A program made the translations under genes and the position numbers. Below, in pieces: positions 63,652 to 64,000 of a DNA stretch of 64,000 bases (position 1 is its first letter; every line of letters begins with the position of its first letter). The stretch comes from Balanoglossus misakiensis (taxonomy: Eukaryota > Animalia > Hemichordata). Under the pieces are notes generated by a model. That model saw nothing but the letters and a program-made list of their open reading frames with translations, had not been told where the DNA came from and ran no database searches. The DNA is taken from NCBI GenBank assembly GCA_040954595.2, contig CM082578.2:12090520-12154519 (forward strand). The letters are read 5' to 3'.

Positions 63652-63944
63652 GCAATCAGTGGTATGTCGAGAAAGGCCGAAGTCGATGAGTTGGACGTTA
63701 ACCTGTTGCAGCTTTGTGTGCGTCACCATGATGTTGTCCGGTTTGATGTCGCAATGGACGATTCCAACGTCCCGGCTGCTGAGAAACTCCAGCGCTGTCA
63801 GCATCTGCTTGGTTATCTTTCGCACCACGCCAAGGGGCAGTTGGTTGTCTTCCATTTCTTCCAGCAACTCAGTGAGGCTCATGCAATACAGTGGCAAGTT
63901 GATGCACAATGTGCCTTTGTAATAGAACGCCGACTCCATGTCCA
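63652..63944 (-). CDS. DYRK/HIPK-like CMGC kinase exon, subdomains IV-VII (5' exons lie beyond the window)
   Basis: ...GIVHCDIKPDNIM...VQLIDFGLSRHTTDC; tttttctAG acceptor and GTAAGT donor. Confidence 0.96.
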
Positions 63945-64000
63945 CTAGAAAAATAATAATAAAACAGGCGATCAGAACAGATAAATATGTCTCACGCTCA

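Overview
Animal genomic DNA; the repeat types and mosaic CpG pattern suggest a marine invertebrate (inference only). Bases 1-~16,120 are the end of a very homogeneous 88-bp satellite array (~183 monomers) with internal block duplications and a decayed last copy. Bases ~16.1-32 kb are intergenic and carry non-autonomous DNA transposons, including a Harbinger-type MITE nested in a TTAA-flanked element. A complete 9-exon Cys-loop ligand-gated anion channel gene lies on the + strand (CDS 32172-55778, 1266 nt, 421 aa). It has glycine-receptor exon architecture, but the three carboxylate-binding residues and the loop-C disulfide are replaced, suggesting a non-glycine, possibly amine, ligand. The 3' part of a divergent DYRK/HIPK-like kinase with a K/E-rich tail converges on it from the - strand (63944-60467). 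The two genes meet at a palindromic double AATAAA. Two 33-36-bp foldbacks look like P-element excision footprints. Most short ORFs in the supplied track are spurious.
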